From contig OY740785.1 of assembly GCA_963514005.1 (NCBI GenBank), positions 69,378,001-69,442,000 on the forward strand: a DNA stretch of 64,000 nucleotides, read 5' to 3'. Under the pieces are notes generated by a model. It saw only the letters and a program-made list of their open reading frames with translations, searched no databases and was not told the DNA's origin. Below, piece after piece: positions 39,365 through 50,879 of the stretch. The number at the start of each line of letters is the position of its first letter. Position 1 is the stretch's first letter. The DNA is from Raja brachyura. Taxonomy: Eukaryota. The translations under genes and the position numbers were made by a program.

Positions 39365-41990
39365 AGAGAGGTGGGCTTTGCAGGCTGACCGGCATTTAAT
39401 TGCCCATCCCTAATTGCCCTAAGAAGGAGATGGTAGGCTGCCTCTTAAACCACTGCTGTCCTTGAGATGTCCATATGCCGACAATGCTATTAAGAAGGGA
39501 GTTTCAGGATTTTAACGCAGTTACAGTGAAGGAACAGTGATATATTTCCAAGTCACTATGGTGTGTGGCTTGGACAGCAACTTCCAGGTGGTGGTGTTCC
39601 CATACATTTGCTGTTGTTGTCCTTCTAGTTTGAAGTGGCCATTGGTTTGGGCATTTCTGTCGAAGGAGACTTGGTTAGTTGCTGCACCTCATCCTGTAGA
39701 TGGTACAAACTGATGTTACTGTGCAATGGAGGTAGAGTGAGCGAATGGTTGTGGATTGGATGCCTATCCAGCAGTCTGTTATGTCCTGTATTATGTCGAG
39801 CTGTTTGAGTGTTGTTGAAGCTGTACTCATACAGGCAAGTGGAAAGTATTCCATTTCTGACTTGATCTTGCAATAATGGATAAGCTTTTCAAAATCAGTA
39901 GATGAGTCAGTCGGCTCAGGATTCCTAGCCCCTCTGACCTGCGCTTATAGCCACATTATGTATATGGCTACTCCAGTTTAATTTCAGGTCAATGGGAACC
40001 CCTTCCCCAGGATATGGATAGTATTGACAGTGGGAGATAGCTCGATTTGTATGAATGTAACTTGTCACCTATCATCTCAAGCCTGAATATTGTCTGAATT
40101 AGGATCCCAGCTCAAAATGGCGCCTATCCATGTCCTCCAAAGATGCTGTCTGGCGCTGAGTTCCTCCTGCGTTTTGTGTTCTACATAAGATTCCAGCATC
40201 TGCAGTTCCTCTGTTTCCATTGCCCAGGTCTTGCTGCATTTGATATTGGAATTGGATTATTATTGTCGCACGAGTCGAGATAAAGTGAAAACCATTGTTT
40301 GCTGTCCAGTCAAATCATACTATGCATGAGTAAATTCAGGCCTTGCACAAGTACAACATGTCATGCAAAGACAAAACAATACCTGAGTGTAAAATGTAGC
40401 GTTATAGCATTATCGTGTTACAGTTCATTTGGTGAATGACTGCTCCGTGTTTTGTAGATGGTGCACATTCTGGTCACATTACATCAGTTATAAGGAAAGT
40501 TAATGTGTGCAGTTGTGTTATTAGTCAGTAGTCAAGTAGAATTCTTTACCATTGATGTGTTGACATAATTCAGAATTGTTGACAGTACACTCATTCAGGA
40601 TGGTGAAGGGTTTCCATCAAGTTTAAGGCATGTTCCTTGTAAATAGTGGATAGACTCTGGATAGTTAGGGGTGAATCACCTCCTCCAAAATAGCAAGGAT
40701 CTGACTTGTTGTTGCAACTATTTTCATCATGTGGCTAGGACAGTTAAGTTTCTCTTCTCTAGTGACTCTAGGTGGCTTTGGATTAAGAGGACTGATCCGT
40801 GGGCGGTTGCTGCTGGGACGTAAGTTGGGGCTTGATCAACCCCGGCTGGGTCACCTGGGTCAGGGTGTCTGATATTGTGAGACCCGAAACACCCGGTGAC
40901 CCCAGGTCACATCACTGAGGATGCATCCCAGTGCATCTAGAAGATGTATCTTCCACACTGATGTTGATGGTGGGCAGGATCATCCAGTGCATTTCTTGTC
41001 AATTGTGTGCGGCGACTGTAACTATTCACTTATCAGTGCATGCCACACTTTGGACAAACATGGATTGTTTCATTGTCTGAGGAGATATGAATGGAACAAA
41101 CTACTATGCATTAATCAACAAACCTCCCCTTTTGTGAATTTACGATGGTAGCATACCCATGAATGAAGAACTGAAGATGTTTGAGCCTCGGACACTGCCC
41201 TGAAGAACTTATTCAGCAATGTCCTGGGACTGAGAGTATTGGCAGCCAACAACTTAAATCATCTTTGTTTTTTCTGAGGTACAACTCCAGCCACTGGAGA
41301 GCTTTATTTCACATTGTCTTTCAGAGGCCCATCAGATTGTTAAATGTTGCGTTGATTTCAATTCGTAGTCACTTTTCCTCTCCTCTGGAATTCAGTTGAT
41401 TTATCATGTTTGGATTAAGGCTGTGATGAGATCTGGAATAGAAAATGCATGGAGGAATCTAAACAGAGAGAGAAGAACAAGTTATTGGTGACAAAGTATT
41501 TTTTGATGGCACCTTATGATGTTTGTTGATGATTGAGTGCACAATGATAGGGCTGTCATTGGCTAGATTGGATTTTTCTTCCTTTCTGGTAATACCTGTC
41601 TAATTTTCCCGACTATTGGTTTGATGGGATTGTGGTGACTGTACTTGGTCTGAATATCTAGCTTGTTCGGCAACAAAATATTTCAGCACGATAGTCATAA
41701 TACTGTGAGGCCAAAAAGTATTTGTTGTATTCAATCCACTTGGATTTTCTTACTGTGAATCTGATAGGTGAACTCTGATTCCTGTGATGCTAGAATCTTT
41801 CAGGAGGCTCAATTAGATTATTCTTTGGTTATTTTTGGTTGAGGCTGGTTGCCAAAACAGCCTTGATTATTGTACTTGTGTGGTGGTAGTGATTGATGGT
41901 GATGTTCATGAGCAGTCTTGGTGTCAAATGTTTAATTATCCATCATTTTTAAATCTGCTTGGACATCAGAGCATTCATCCAATTAATTGA
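39365..41990 (-). mobile_element. Old CR1/L2-group LINE remnant with nested short insertions
   Basis: 3' signature ggcatttaattgcccatccctaattgccct; decayed RT C-terminal coding on the minus strand; interrupted by Penelope (~40100-40220), a Rex1 tail (~40250-40420) and a HERO end. Confidence 0.55.
40767..40952 (+). mobile_element. HERO-like (R2-group, RLE) non-LTR retrotransposon 3' end
   Basis: Terminal coding SRWLWIKRTDPWAVAAGT* followed by a GC-rich 3' UTR gatcaaccccggctgggtcacctgggtcagggtgtctgat...gacccgaaacacccggtgaccccagg, recognised from memory of fish HERO elements. Confidence 0.6.
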
Positions 41991-42059
41991 TTATGGTTGG
42001 GAGCACATCCGAGGAAGTGAGAGAATAGAAGCAATATGTTTTGAGAGTGGTGTTTGGGG

Positions 42060-43000
42060 TTTTAAAAGTTCACAGGGAGATGCTCTTTAGTCTTATCAGA
42101 AGGAAGAAGCTTGCTGCTGAATAAATGAAGACACAGTAGAGGTTTGACAGTGAGGTATTCACCTATGAACTAATATGGTTATCATCCAAATCGCAGTCTA
42201 CTTTCTTAAGCCTAGTCCAAGCTGATAACCCTTCACACTACCTTTTCATGCATTTGTACTCATTCCTTTTAAGTGTACTTCCTTTCATATGCTTTTGTCC
42301 ATCCACAATGCACACCTACTTTCTTCTTTCTGCTTCGTCATGCGATTCTCTCTTAGTTATGCTCAGCAAAATATACTTCCTCGTATACCATAATCCTTAC
42401 TCTTAGGTCTCTTTATTTCCTTACAGGAGAAGAGAGCACAGACTATTGGGGAAAAAAGGTCAAGAAGCAAAGATGGTCCTCCTCACATTTCTCAGCAGAC
42501 TTACGGAGGAGGAGCCGGAATTGTTAGAATCTTGATGTGTTTGACCATTGGATATGGAGAGATAATGGGGTCCAATATTCTACTGACTGTGTTAATTGTC
42601 AAACACATGACATATATCACTCATTTATTTTGATTTGCTATCAGTTAGAGGTGAAATATGACATGGTACATAATGATAACTCTAAAAGTCATTTTCAGAT
42701 TTTTCTAACTTGGGTCTTTAATCTCCCACAGGAGATCAAAGAGGAAGTCAACAGTTCCTCCGCAGAGGTCATTCTTCATCATTACAGGCAGACCATGCAC
42801 TAACTCAGATACTCACACTTTGGTCCAAATAGTAAAGCACATAATTGGATTGTCAGTTGCTGATTACACGTGACAAGTGAGCATGAGTAAAATATGGACA
42901 GCAAACCCACCAAGAGGCCACCAGATCTCCCAAGCTGTGTTAGCTGAGTACTGGTGCTGCTTCCCGATGCCTTCTAACAAACAGGCTATTTCAGGCAATG
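42060..43000 (+). mobile_element. Decayed Harbinger Myb/SANT-like gene relic with intron remnants
   Basis: tttccttacag|GAGAAGAGAGCACAG...GGTCCTCCTCACATT...GGAGGAGGAG resembles the EKRA..TGGGPP..EEE segment of Harbinger DNA-binding proteins; frameshifted. Confidence 0.45.
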
Positions 43001-44029
43001 GATTGCATGAAAGTGATGGACTTGTTGTTTGCAGGATTAGTTTGTGTTAAGTACAGAATAAAATGTGAATGTTGTACATGGATGTCAGATGGCAGAACCC
43101 AGAAGAAATCTTCCAATAACCAAGAGTATCCTGGGGGACAATATGCAGTGTTGTTATACCATAGGATATATCAGCCACTACCTCGTCCTCTCCTTGGATG
43201 TAATTATATCTTTATTTCAAATTAAAATGCCATTCAGCCTATCGAATCCATGCAGGCCCTTGAAGACCAATCGGATCAGTCCCATTCCCTCTCATATTTC
43301 CTTATCACCTTGCAAATTATTCCCTCTCACATGGCCTTATAAGTTGTTGCCACTTACCTATGCTTAGGGGTCATTTACAATTGCCGGTTAATCCACACAT
43401 ATATCTTTGGGGTAAGGGAGAAAATTGGAGCACCAAGGGGGGAAACTCATGCAAGTCGTGGGGAGAATATGGTCAAGCAGCATTCAAGATCAGGATTGAA
43501 CATGGGTTAGTGGCGCCATTAGTCTGCTGCCCAAAGTTCTGTGGCATTTCTGTGCTCCACTCTCTATGTCCTTCTGGCCCATTCTTCTAGTTGTGGAATT
43601 ATGGAATAGTAGAAGTAAAATTGCTTGCCATAGCACAGAGGGAGGCCATTTGGCCCAATGATTCAGGTATTTTGAACAGGTTCCCAATGATTTTGAACGT
43701 TTCTATCAAATCCCATTTCAATATTCTCTGTTCCCTTGAAAGTAATTTTCAGAATGTGTTGCATACTTAGTGCCTGGATGAGGGATAACTTCTCTGCACT
43801 GAAGAGGAGTGGTGGGGTTTTGATTTAAGTGGACATGGACATTACTATCGAGGAAGGAAAGAGCCGTTCCATGGGGGCACACTGCAGCAGAATCCTCGCT
43901 GGGACCGGAGTTGCAGAGAATGAAATAGCAAGGGAGGGAGATTAATGCAGGGGGTGCGTGGGTGTGGGGTGGCAGGGTGATTGTAGGCATAGAGAGAGAC
44001 CACGTGAAAGAAAATATAGAATTCTTGAG

Positions 44030-44248
44030 GGTAGACAAAATTGCTGTAGAAACACAGCTGGTGAGGCAGCATCTATGGAGCGAAGGAAATAGGCAACGTT
44101 TTGGGCCAAAACCCTTCTTCAGAAGAAGGGTTTTGTCCCGAAAAGTTGCCTATTTCCTACGCTCCATAGATGCTGCCTCACCCGCTGAGTTTCTCCAGCA
44201 TTTATGTCTACCTTCGATTTTCCAGCATCTGCAGTTCCTTCTTAAACA
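44030..44248. mobile_element. Inverted (head-to-head) Penelope pseudo-LTR pair
   Basis: 44030-44120 and 44123-44212 are reverse complements meeting at cccttcttcagaagaaggg. Confidence 0.85.
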
Positions 44249-44479
44249 TAGAATATTTGAGGGTGGGATAAAAATAGCCACATTGTGTCAGCAAGCAAAA
44301 TAGACAATAGGTGCAGGAGTAGGCCATCCGGCCCTTAGAACCAGCACCGTCATTCAATGTGATCATGGCTGAAAATAATTCCTGTGCAAATGAAAATGAC
44401 AATAATTTAAGTGTGCCAATAATCCAAAAATATGATCTGGTATTTTAAAAATTGTTAAGAAAAGATTCACTAAGCGATG

Positions 44480-45650
44480 ATGTATCTAAATAAGCAAAAT
44501 ATTTGATCAGCAGGTGGACAAATTAACTGCATAGTAGATGAGTTAACTGCATCAGTATTGATACACAAATATGATTGCCATTATGGGACAATGGCAACAT
44601 GGTTATCAAGAATGGAAATTTAAATATCAAAGTGTACTTAGGAAAGATGGGCAAAGTGGAATATGATTTATCAGTAAAAGATGAAGTTAGTGCAATAGTG
44701 AGAAGGTATTAGCTGAGAAAATGAAGACTGAGTAGCGCCTAAGAGCACCAACTTAGTGGATGTTGTTTACATATTTCTGAACAGCATGTATTGATGAGGA
44801 TGGCATCAAATAGGAAATTGAAGATACTTGTAGCAAGACTAATATTCAAATTATGGGACCAATCTACATGTGGACTGGCCAAGCTAAATTAGTAATAATA
44901 CTATGGAGGATTGTTACAGGATTGTGTTTGGGATGACTTTATGGACCCGAGGTATCAGTAGGTAACTAGGTGAAGGCCAACAGATTGGCCACTTTCTAAT
45001 AAAAAAAGTTTAGTAATCTTGTGTGGTCCATTCGGGAAAGGTCAACTAGGATTGTATTCATTATAGAATTCTTAATTAAAATGGAAAGTGAAATAGGTGA
45101 GACATAATCTAGGCTCCTAATACTAAACAAAGTCATGAGGAGCAAGTAGGTTCTGGTAGATTGGGATTCATCATTAAAGAGTATGATGCTGGCTAGACAA
45201 TAGCAAATAGTTAAAGAACAAATGTAGGAATTAGAATATTGTACATTCCAGCATGGTGTAAAAAAAAAGAAAAGCAACGGTTAACAAATGATAAAGATAG
45301 TATTCAAGGAGGAGTTGTATATGATAGTCAGGATATACCTTCCATGATGAGTGTGTCATGTCAGTTTATCAGACCCACTCTTGACATGCTGTATTGCTCT
45401 ATGTGGAGAGATAGGGTCAACTTGGACTGTATTCTAGTGGATCAGATGCTCTTGGGTTTTCAGAAAGCCTTTGATAAAGTCCCAGATGAAAATGTTAAGA
45501 AGTGTTCAGAAGAGTGAGAGGAAGTCCTAGTTGAGTTTAGTTGCAAATTTCTGATGGTGCTAGACTGTCTGCATAAGTAGAGGATGTTTCTCCTGGCTGG
45601 GGAGTCTGGGATGAGAGACACAGTCTCAGGTTATAAGGCAAGATATTTAG
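44480..45650 (+). mobile_element. Old CR1 ORF2 remnant
   Basis: Decayed endonuclease region and LGFQKAFDKVP in ORF 45239-45517. Confidence 0.6.
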
Positions 45651-47014
45651 TTTTTGTTGTTTAAATAAACCTCATTAGACTTTCAGTCTAATATATTTGT
45701 AAGGTTGCTGGAGATGAGTGTATGCTTTTGAATCAACGTCTGGACAATGCTAGGAATGTACAAAATGCAGCAAGAACAAAGGCCAAATGATTTGAGTTGG
45801 TGAGAAGTCTCCAGGGGCAAGGGTCCCCTATCTTTTCAATTGCTTTCATTCTCCATGGTATTTACAGCAGCCGCGCCAAAGCGTGGCAAGGTTTTTCTGC
45901 AATTCCTGACTTCTCTGTTCCCTTCTGTTTGATGTATCCTGTCCTAAATCTATTGGTGTGGCCATGGGATTTGGGCAACACTGTTCATAAAGTTTTTGCT
46001 CTGCCAGGCCACTTCCTCAGATATAAGCTGTACCTTTAAGAATGATTGATGTTCACAGTATGAGTTGCGTTCAGAATGATTGTATTTCTAGTGTGCTGCA
46101 ACATTGCTTTGTAACTAGCATTCAATGATGTGCTTTTGAGAGCAGTGCGGAGGTTAGCTTTTTTTGAGTTACCACAAATTAATTTGCATTTATGAGGGCA
46201 CTTTTTTATAGTCTATTAAAAGGGAACAGGTGTTTGACAAGAGAACTGTAGGACGTACTTTGATTTCAGTAAGATCTTTTCCTGATACCCCTTCAAGTCA
46301 GCTGTGTTCATGATATGACACTTATCTTGTTTTTATTCTTCAGCATTTTGACAGGATGCCCATATCATGTGTATTTGTGCCTGGCTATTTTAGTTTTCAA
46401 CTCCAACCCACCTAAGATCCATGTCAAGATGAAAGCAAGGTGTGATGTTTTGAGTTTGTACACTTGATCAAAAGATCAGATTATGACAAAGGGCTACATA
46501 TTTAAAATATAATAATATGTTCTGCTCAAATCCATCGCTATTATTTTTACAATTACATAACAGTGGTTATTGTCCAATGAGGTAAGTCCTGGTGACATAG
46601 TGAAACGTTCCCTAAATATAAAACTGTTTATTACATATTTTGGAAGAATGTACCATTCTAATAATGAGATACTTAGAATGAAGACGTAAATATAGTTACA
46701 GTGGGATTAATAAACAAAATCCTTTAACGTCTACTGCTATTATGCATTGAGTGTATTTCAAGACGATATACCTTGTTGGGTGTGCAAGCATCCTGGATAG
46801 ATTTGCTGTAGATATGACTGCAGACATACAATATACAAGCTACCCATTTAAAGGGAAATTATGATCAAGAATGAACATTGTGCAAGGAATATTGAATTTT
46901 ACCAGCAGTATCTATGACCCATGCAGTTTTAAAAAAGCATTTGGTAAAGTGAGATAATTGGATTTGGAAAAATTTGACTGCTTCCCAAGTTTATTGAAGG
47001 AGTAGATGGGCAAT

Positions 47015-47235
47015 TGAGGTTGAAACTTCAATTTTGGTCTGTGCTGAATTAGCTGACATTACCAGGGGGCATAATGTGGATGGTATAATTAGTTCCATTC
47101 CATCTATGTCAGGAAGATGAAGTTTGGCTGAAGTTCTTTACTTTGCTATCCATGTCTTTCCATGCAACTTTACATGTCAGAAAAGATCAGGATATTGTTT
47201 AGCTGTGCTGTTACACCAGCAGAGAGCCAATTAGC
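47015..47235 (+). mobile_element. LF-SINE-like relic
   Basis: ggtctgtgctgaattagctgac..ccagggg, ataatt, ttgctatcca, aggat...agctgtgctg occur in the order I recall for the LF-SINE core (ggtctgtgctgagttagctgatctcagccagggc). Confidence 0.55.
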
Positions 47236-47239
47236 CCTC

Positions 47240-47604
47240 AGGATTTAGAATTACACATACAACAGGGTTTTAACCAAGTTTCTCGAGAAGATTTCGATTC
47301 TGTAGAACCGCATCCTGCAAGTTCTAACTTTTTGTAGAAGAATAAGGAAAACGATAGTAAATTAACTTCTAAAGTACTGGGATCAGACGCCATGCCCTCA
47401 CCACGATCTTTCATTGGAGAACCGTTTTTACCTCTTGTCTCCATCCTTTGTACGGTTGAAATGTATAAAAGTGTTATCAACACTAACAAAAGTTATTCTG
47501 TGTCTTCAAATCAAGTAATATTGAAAGAGTTGTAAAAAAAGGGTTAAAAGTTAAGGGAGCAAGCAATATGCAACCTTACTACATGCTGCCACTAGAGAGA
47601 CTCC
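47240..47604 (-). mobile_element. Probable L1-clade 5' UTR and ORF1 start (isolated 5' fragment)
   Basis: Minus strand GGAGTCTCTCTAGTGGCAGCATGTAGTAAGGTTGCATATTGCTTGCTCCC, then ATG at 47444 giving METRGKNGSPMKDRGEGMASDPSTLE, in the style of fish L1 5' ends. Confidence 0.45.
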
Positions 47605-48399
47605 AGTAAATTAACTTCAAATAGGAGCTCATAATTCTGGTTCAATGGACTGTTTGGCTTGGACCCATCAGTTGAAGCAAAAAGAGTGTAGCGTGGTATT
47701 GTTTGCATTGATTACCTGTATTTCATATCCAAAATGCTTGCTGAAAGAAGTTAAGAAAATGAGTTTAAGATGACTATTATAGGAATAAGATGCAAGCCAT
47801 GCAAGCATTCTGCTTTGCCACTCGAGTTATTGACAGCTTACCCACTGAAGAAGGTAATAATGGTAGTACGTTTAAAAATATATGCCAGGTCTTTTCATGG
47901 CATGTGAATTCACTATTGAAAAGAAGCCTGAGCTATATTATTGACCCGTTTGTAATTAACTGAAGAAAATACGATATTGTGTATTTAAAATTATTGTTTA
48001 TACAAGCAATCTTTCTTAGCGATGTAAAAAATGAATTGCATTTAAAGGCAAATAATTATGGAGTCTCTAATATGCCATTAAAAACAAGCAGATTAAAAGA
48101 TAGAAGGGTTAAAACTGTGGCTGCTGGAAATTGAAATAAAAACATAAAATGGTGGAAAATTTCAAGCAGAGATTATGGAGAGAATAAAAAAGTTAATGGT
48201 ATAGAATAATAACTAAGTTTGAAATTTTAACTTATTTGTGAATAAAGAGCCAAGAAAAAGGTGTTGGAGAAGGAAAGTGCTGTGTGGAGTTGGTGTGGTG
48301 CGGTTTGATAATTAGGGGGTGCAGGACTATATTTTGTATGTACAATAGTGAAGGGGAAGGGCAACGTGTTGAGTGATGTGTGATGCACAAGGAGTAAGA

Positions 48400-48709
48400 G
48401 GGCGGTCACGGTGGCGCAGCAGTAGAGTTGCTGCCTTACAGCGACTGCAGCAACGGAGAACTGGGTTCGATCCCGACTACTGGTGCTCTCTGTACAGAGT
48501 TTGTACTTTCTCCCCATAATGTGCATGGGTTTTCTCCGAGATCTTCTGTTTCCTCCCACAGGTTTGTAGGTTTATTGGCTTGGTAAATGTAAAAATTGTC
48601 CATAGTGGATGTAGGATAGTGTTAATGTGCGAGGATCACTGGTCGGCGCGGATCCGATAGGCCGAAGGGCCTGTTTCTGTGCTGTATCTCTAAACTAAAC
48701 TAAACTAAA
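48400..48709 (+). mobile_element. HE1-like SINE, full length, with intact Pol III A and B boxes
   Basis: GTGGCGCAGCAGTAGAG (A box), GGTTCGATCCC (B box), V-domain, (CTAAA)n tail. Confidence 0.92.
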
Positions 48710-48750
48710 GGAAAAAAAGCAAATTATCTGTGATGAAGCTGAAGTAGTAA

Positions 48751-48941
48751 ATTGACAAAAGGCAAGAATGTGCAAGCCCGGAGAGCTGCTTAACAATTCA
48801 GTAAAGAAAAAAAAGATTTATTGAGAGGGGAATGTTCATGGGAGATTGACAAAAGGCAAGATTTTGCAAGCCTTGAGAGCTGCTAAAAGGTCCAGTAAAG
48901 AAAAAAATAGATTTATTGAGAAGAGGGGGGATGCTCATGGT
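48751..48941 (+). repeat. Diverged two-copy tandem repeat, period ~94 bp
   Basis: attgacaaaaggcaaga...cagtaaagaaaaaaa.agatttattgaga...tcatgg starting at 48751 and 48845. Confidence 0.85.
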
Positions 48942-48980
48942 GACAGCCGAACACCATCTGCTACTAAAATGAAATGGGAT

Positions 48981-50879
48981 AATAGACATAGAAACATAGA
49001 AAATAGGTGCAGGAGTAGGCCATTCGGCCCTTCGAGCCTGCACCGCCATTCAATGTGATCATGGCTGATCATCCAACTCAGTATCCCGTACCTGCCTTCT
49101 CTCCATACCCCCTGATCCCTTTAGCCACAAGTGCCACATCTAACGCCCTCTTAAATATAGCCAATGAACTGGCCTCAACTACCTTCTGTGGCAGAGAATT
49201 CCAGAGACTCACCACTCTCTGTGTAAAGAATGTTTTCCTCATTTCGGTCCTAAAGGAATTCCCCCATATCCTTAGACTGTGATCCCTTGTTCTGGACTCC
49301 CCCAACATCGGGAACAATCTTCCAGCATCTAGCTTGTCCAACCCCTTAAGAATTTTGTAGGTTTCTATAAGATCCCCCCTCAATCTTCTAAATTCCATCG
49401 AGTACAAACCGAGTCTATCCAATCTTTCCTCATATGGAAGTCCTGACATCCCAGGAATCAGTCTGGTGAATCTTCTCTGTACCCCCTCTATGGCAAGGAT
49501 GTCTTTCCTCAGATTTGGAGACCAAAACTGTACGCAGTACTCCAGGTGTGGCCTCACCAAAACCCTGTACAACTGCAGTAGAACCTCCCTGCTCCTATAC
49601 TCAAATCCTTTCGCTATGAATGCTAACATACCATTTGCTTTCTTCACTGCCTGCTGCACCTGCATGCCTACTTTCAATGACTGGTGTACCATGACACCCA
49701 GGTCTCGTTGCATCTCCCCCTTACCTAATCTGCCACCATTCAGATAATAGTCTACCCTCATGTTTTTGCCACCAAAGTGGATAACCTCACATTTATCCAC
49801 ATTGTACTGCATCTGCCATGCATCTGCCCATTCACTCAGCCTATCCAAATCACCCTGCAGCCTCCAAGCATCCTCCTCACACCTAACTATACCCCCCAGC
49901 TTGGTATCATCTGCAAATTTGGAGATGTTGCATTGAATTCCCTCGTCCAAATCATTAATATATATTGTAAATAGCTGGGGTCCCAGCACTGAGCCTTGCG
50001 GCACCCCACTAGTCACTGCCTGCCATTCTGAAAAGGACCCGTTTACTCCTACCCTTTGCCTCCTGTCTGCTAGCCAGTTCTCTATCCACATCAATACTGA
50101 ACCCCCAATACCGTGTGCTTTAAGTTTGTATGCTAATCTCTTATGCGGGACCTTGTCGAAAGCCTTCTGAAAGTCTAGATATAACACATCCACTGGTTCT
50201 CCCTTATCCACTCTACTAGTTACATCCTCGAAAAATTCTATCAGATTTGTCAGACATGATTTACCTTTCGTAAATCCATGCTGACTTTGTCCAATGATTT
50301 CACCACTTTCCAAATGCGCTGCTATCCCATCTTTAATAACTGACTCTAGCAGTTTCCCCACTACCGATGTTAGACTAACTGGTCTGTAATTCCCCGCTTT
50401 CTCTCTCCCTCCTTTTTTAAAAAGTGGGGTTACATTAGCTACCCTCCAATCCTCAGGAACTACTCCAGAATCTAAGGAATTTTGAAAAATTATCACTAAT
50501 GCATCCACTATTTCTGTGGCTACCTCCTTGAGTACTCTGGGATGCAGACTATCTGGCCCTGGGGATTTATCGGCCTTCAATCCGTTCAATTTACCCAACA
50601 CCACCTCCCGGCTAACCTGGATTTCACTCAGTTCCTCCATCTTATTTGACCCCCGTTCCACTGCTATTTCCGGCAGATTATTTATGTCTTCCTTAGTGAA
50701 GACAGAACCAAAGTAGTTATTCAATTGGTCTGCTATGTCCTTGTTCCCCATGATCAATTCACCCGTTTCTGACTGCAAGGGACCAACATTTGTTTTAACT
50801 AGTCTCTTTCTCTTTACATATCTATAAAAACTTTTGCAGTCAGTTTTTATGTTCCACTTTTGCAGTCAGTTTTTATGTT
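48981..50879 (-). mobile_element. Young 5'-truncated CR1 LINE (HER1-like) with uninterrupted RT frame
   Basis: ORF 49078-50778 (566 aa) with LDFQKAFDKVPH, GVPQGSVLGP, SKFADDTK; complete 3' UTR and (CTATGTTT)n tail; endonuclease domain absent. Confidence 0.97.

Noticed and set aside
46564-46581. Possible 18-nt microexon cag|TGGTTATTGTCCAATGAG|gtaagt
   Set aside because: Weak polypyrimidine tract and no homology; expected by chance in 64 kb.
48400-48480. tRNA gene
   Set aside because: A and B boxes belong to the SINE head; no cloverleaf, and the sequence continues into the V-domain and tail.
48751-48941. CRISPR-like or functional repeat array
   Set aside because: Only two diverged tandem copies with no spacers, in eukaryotic repeat-derived sequence.
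49078-50778. 566-aa RT ORF as a host or domesticated gene, or a retron-like system
   Set aside because: Ordinary CR1 ORF2 with LINE 3' UTR and microsatellite tail, 5'-truncated, with many relatives in the window.
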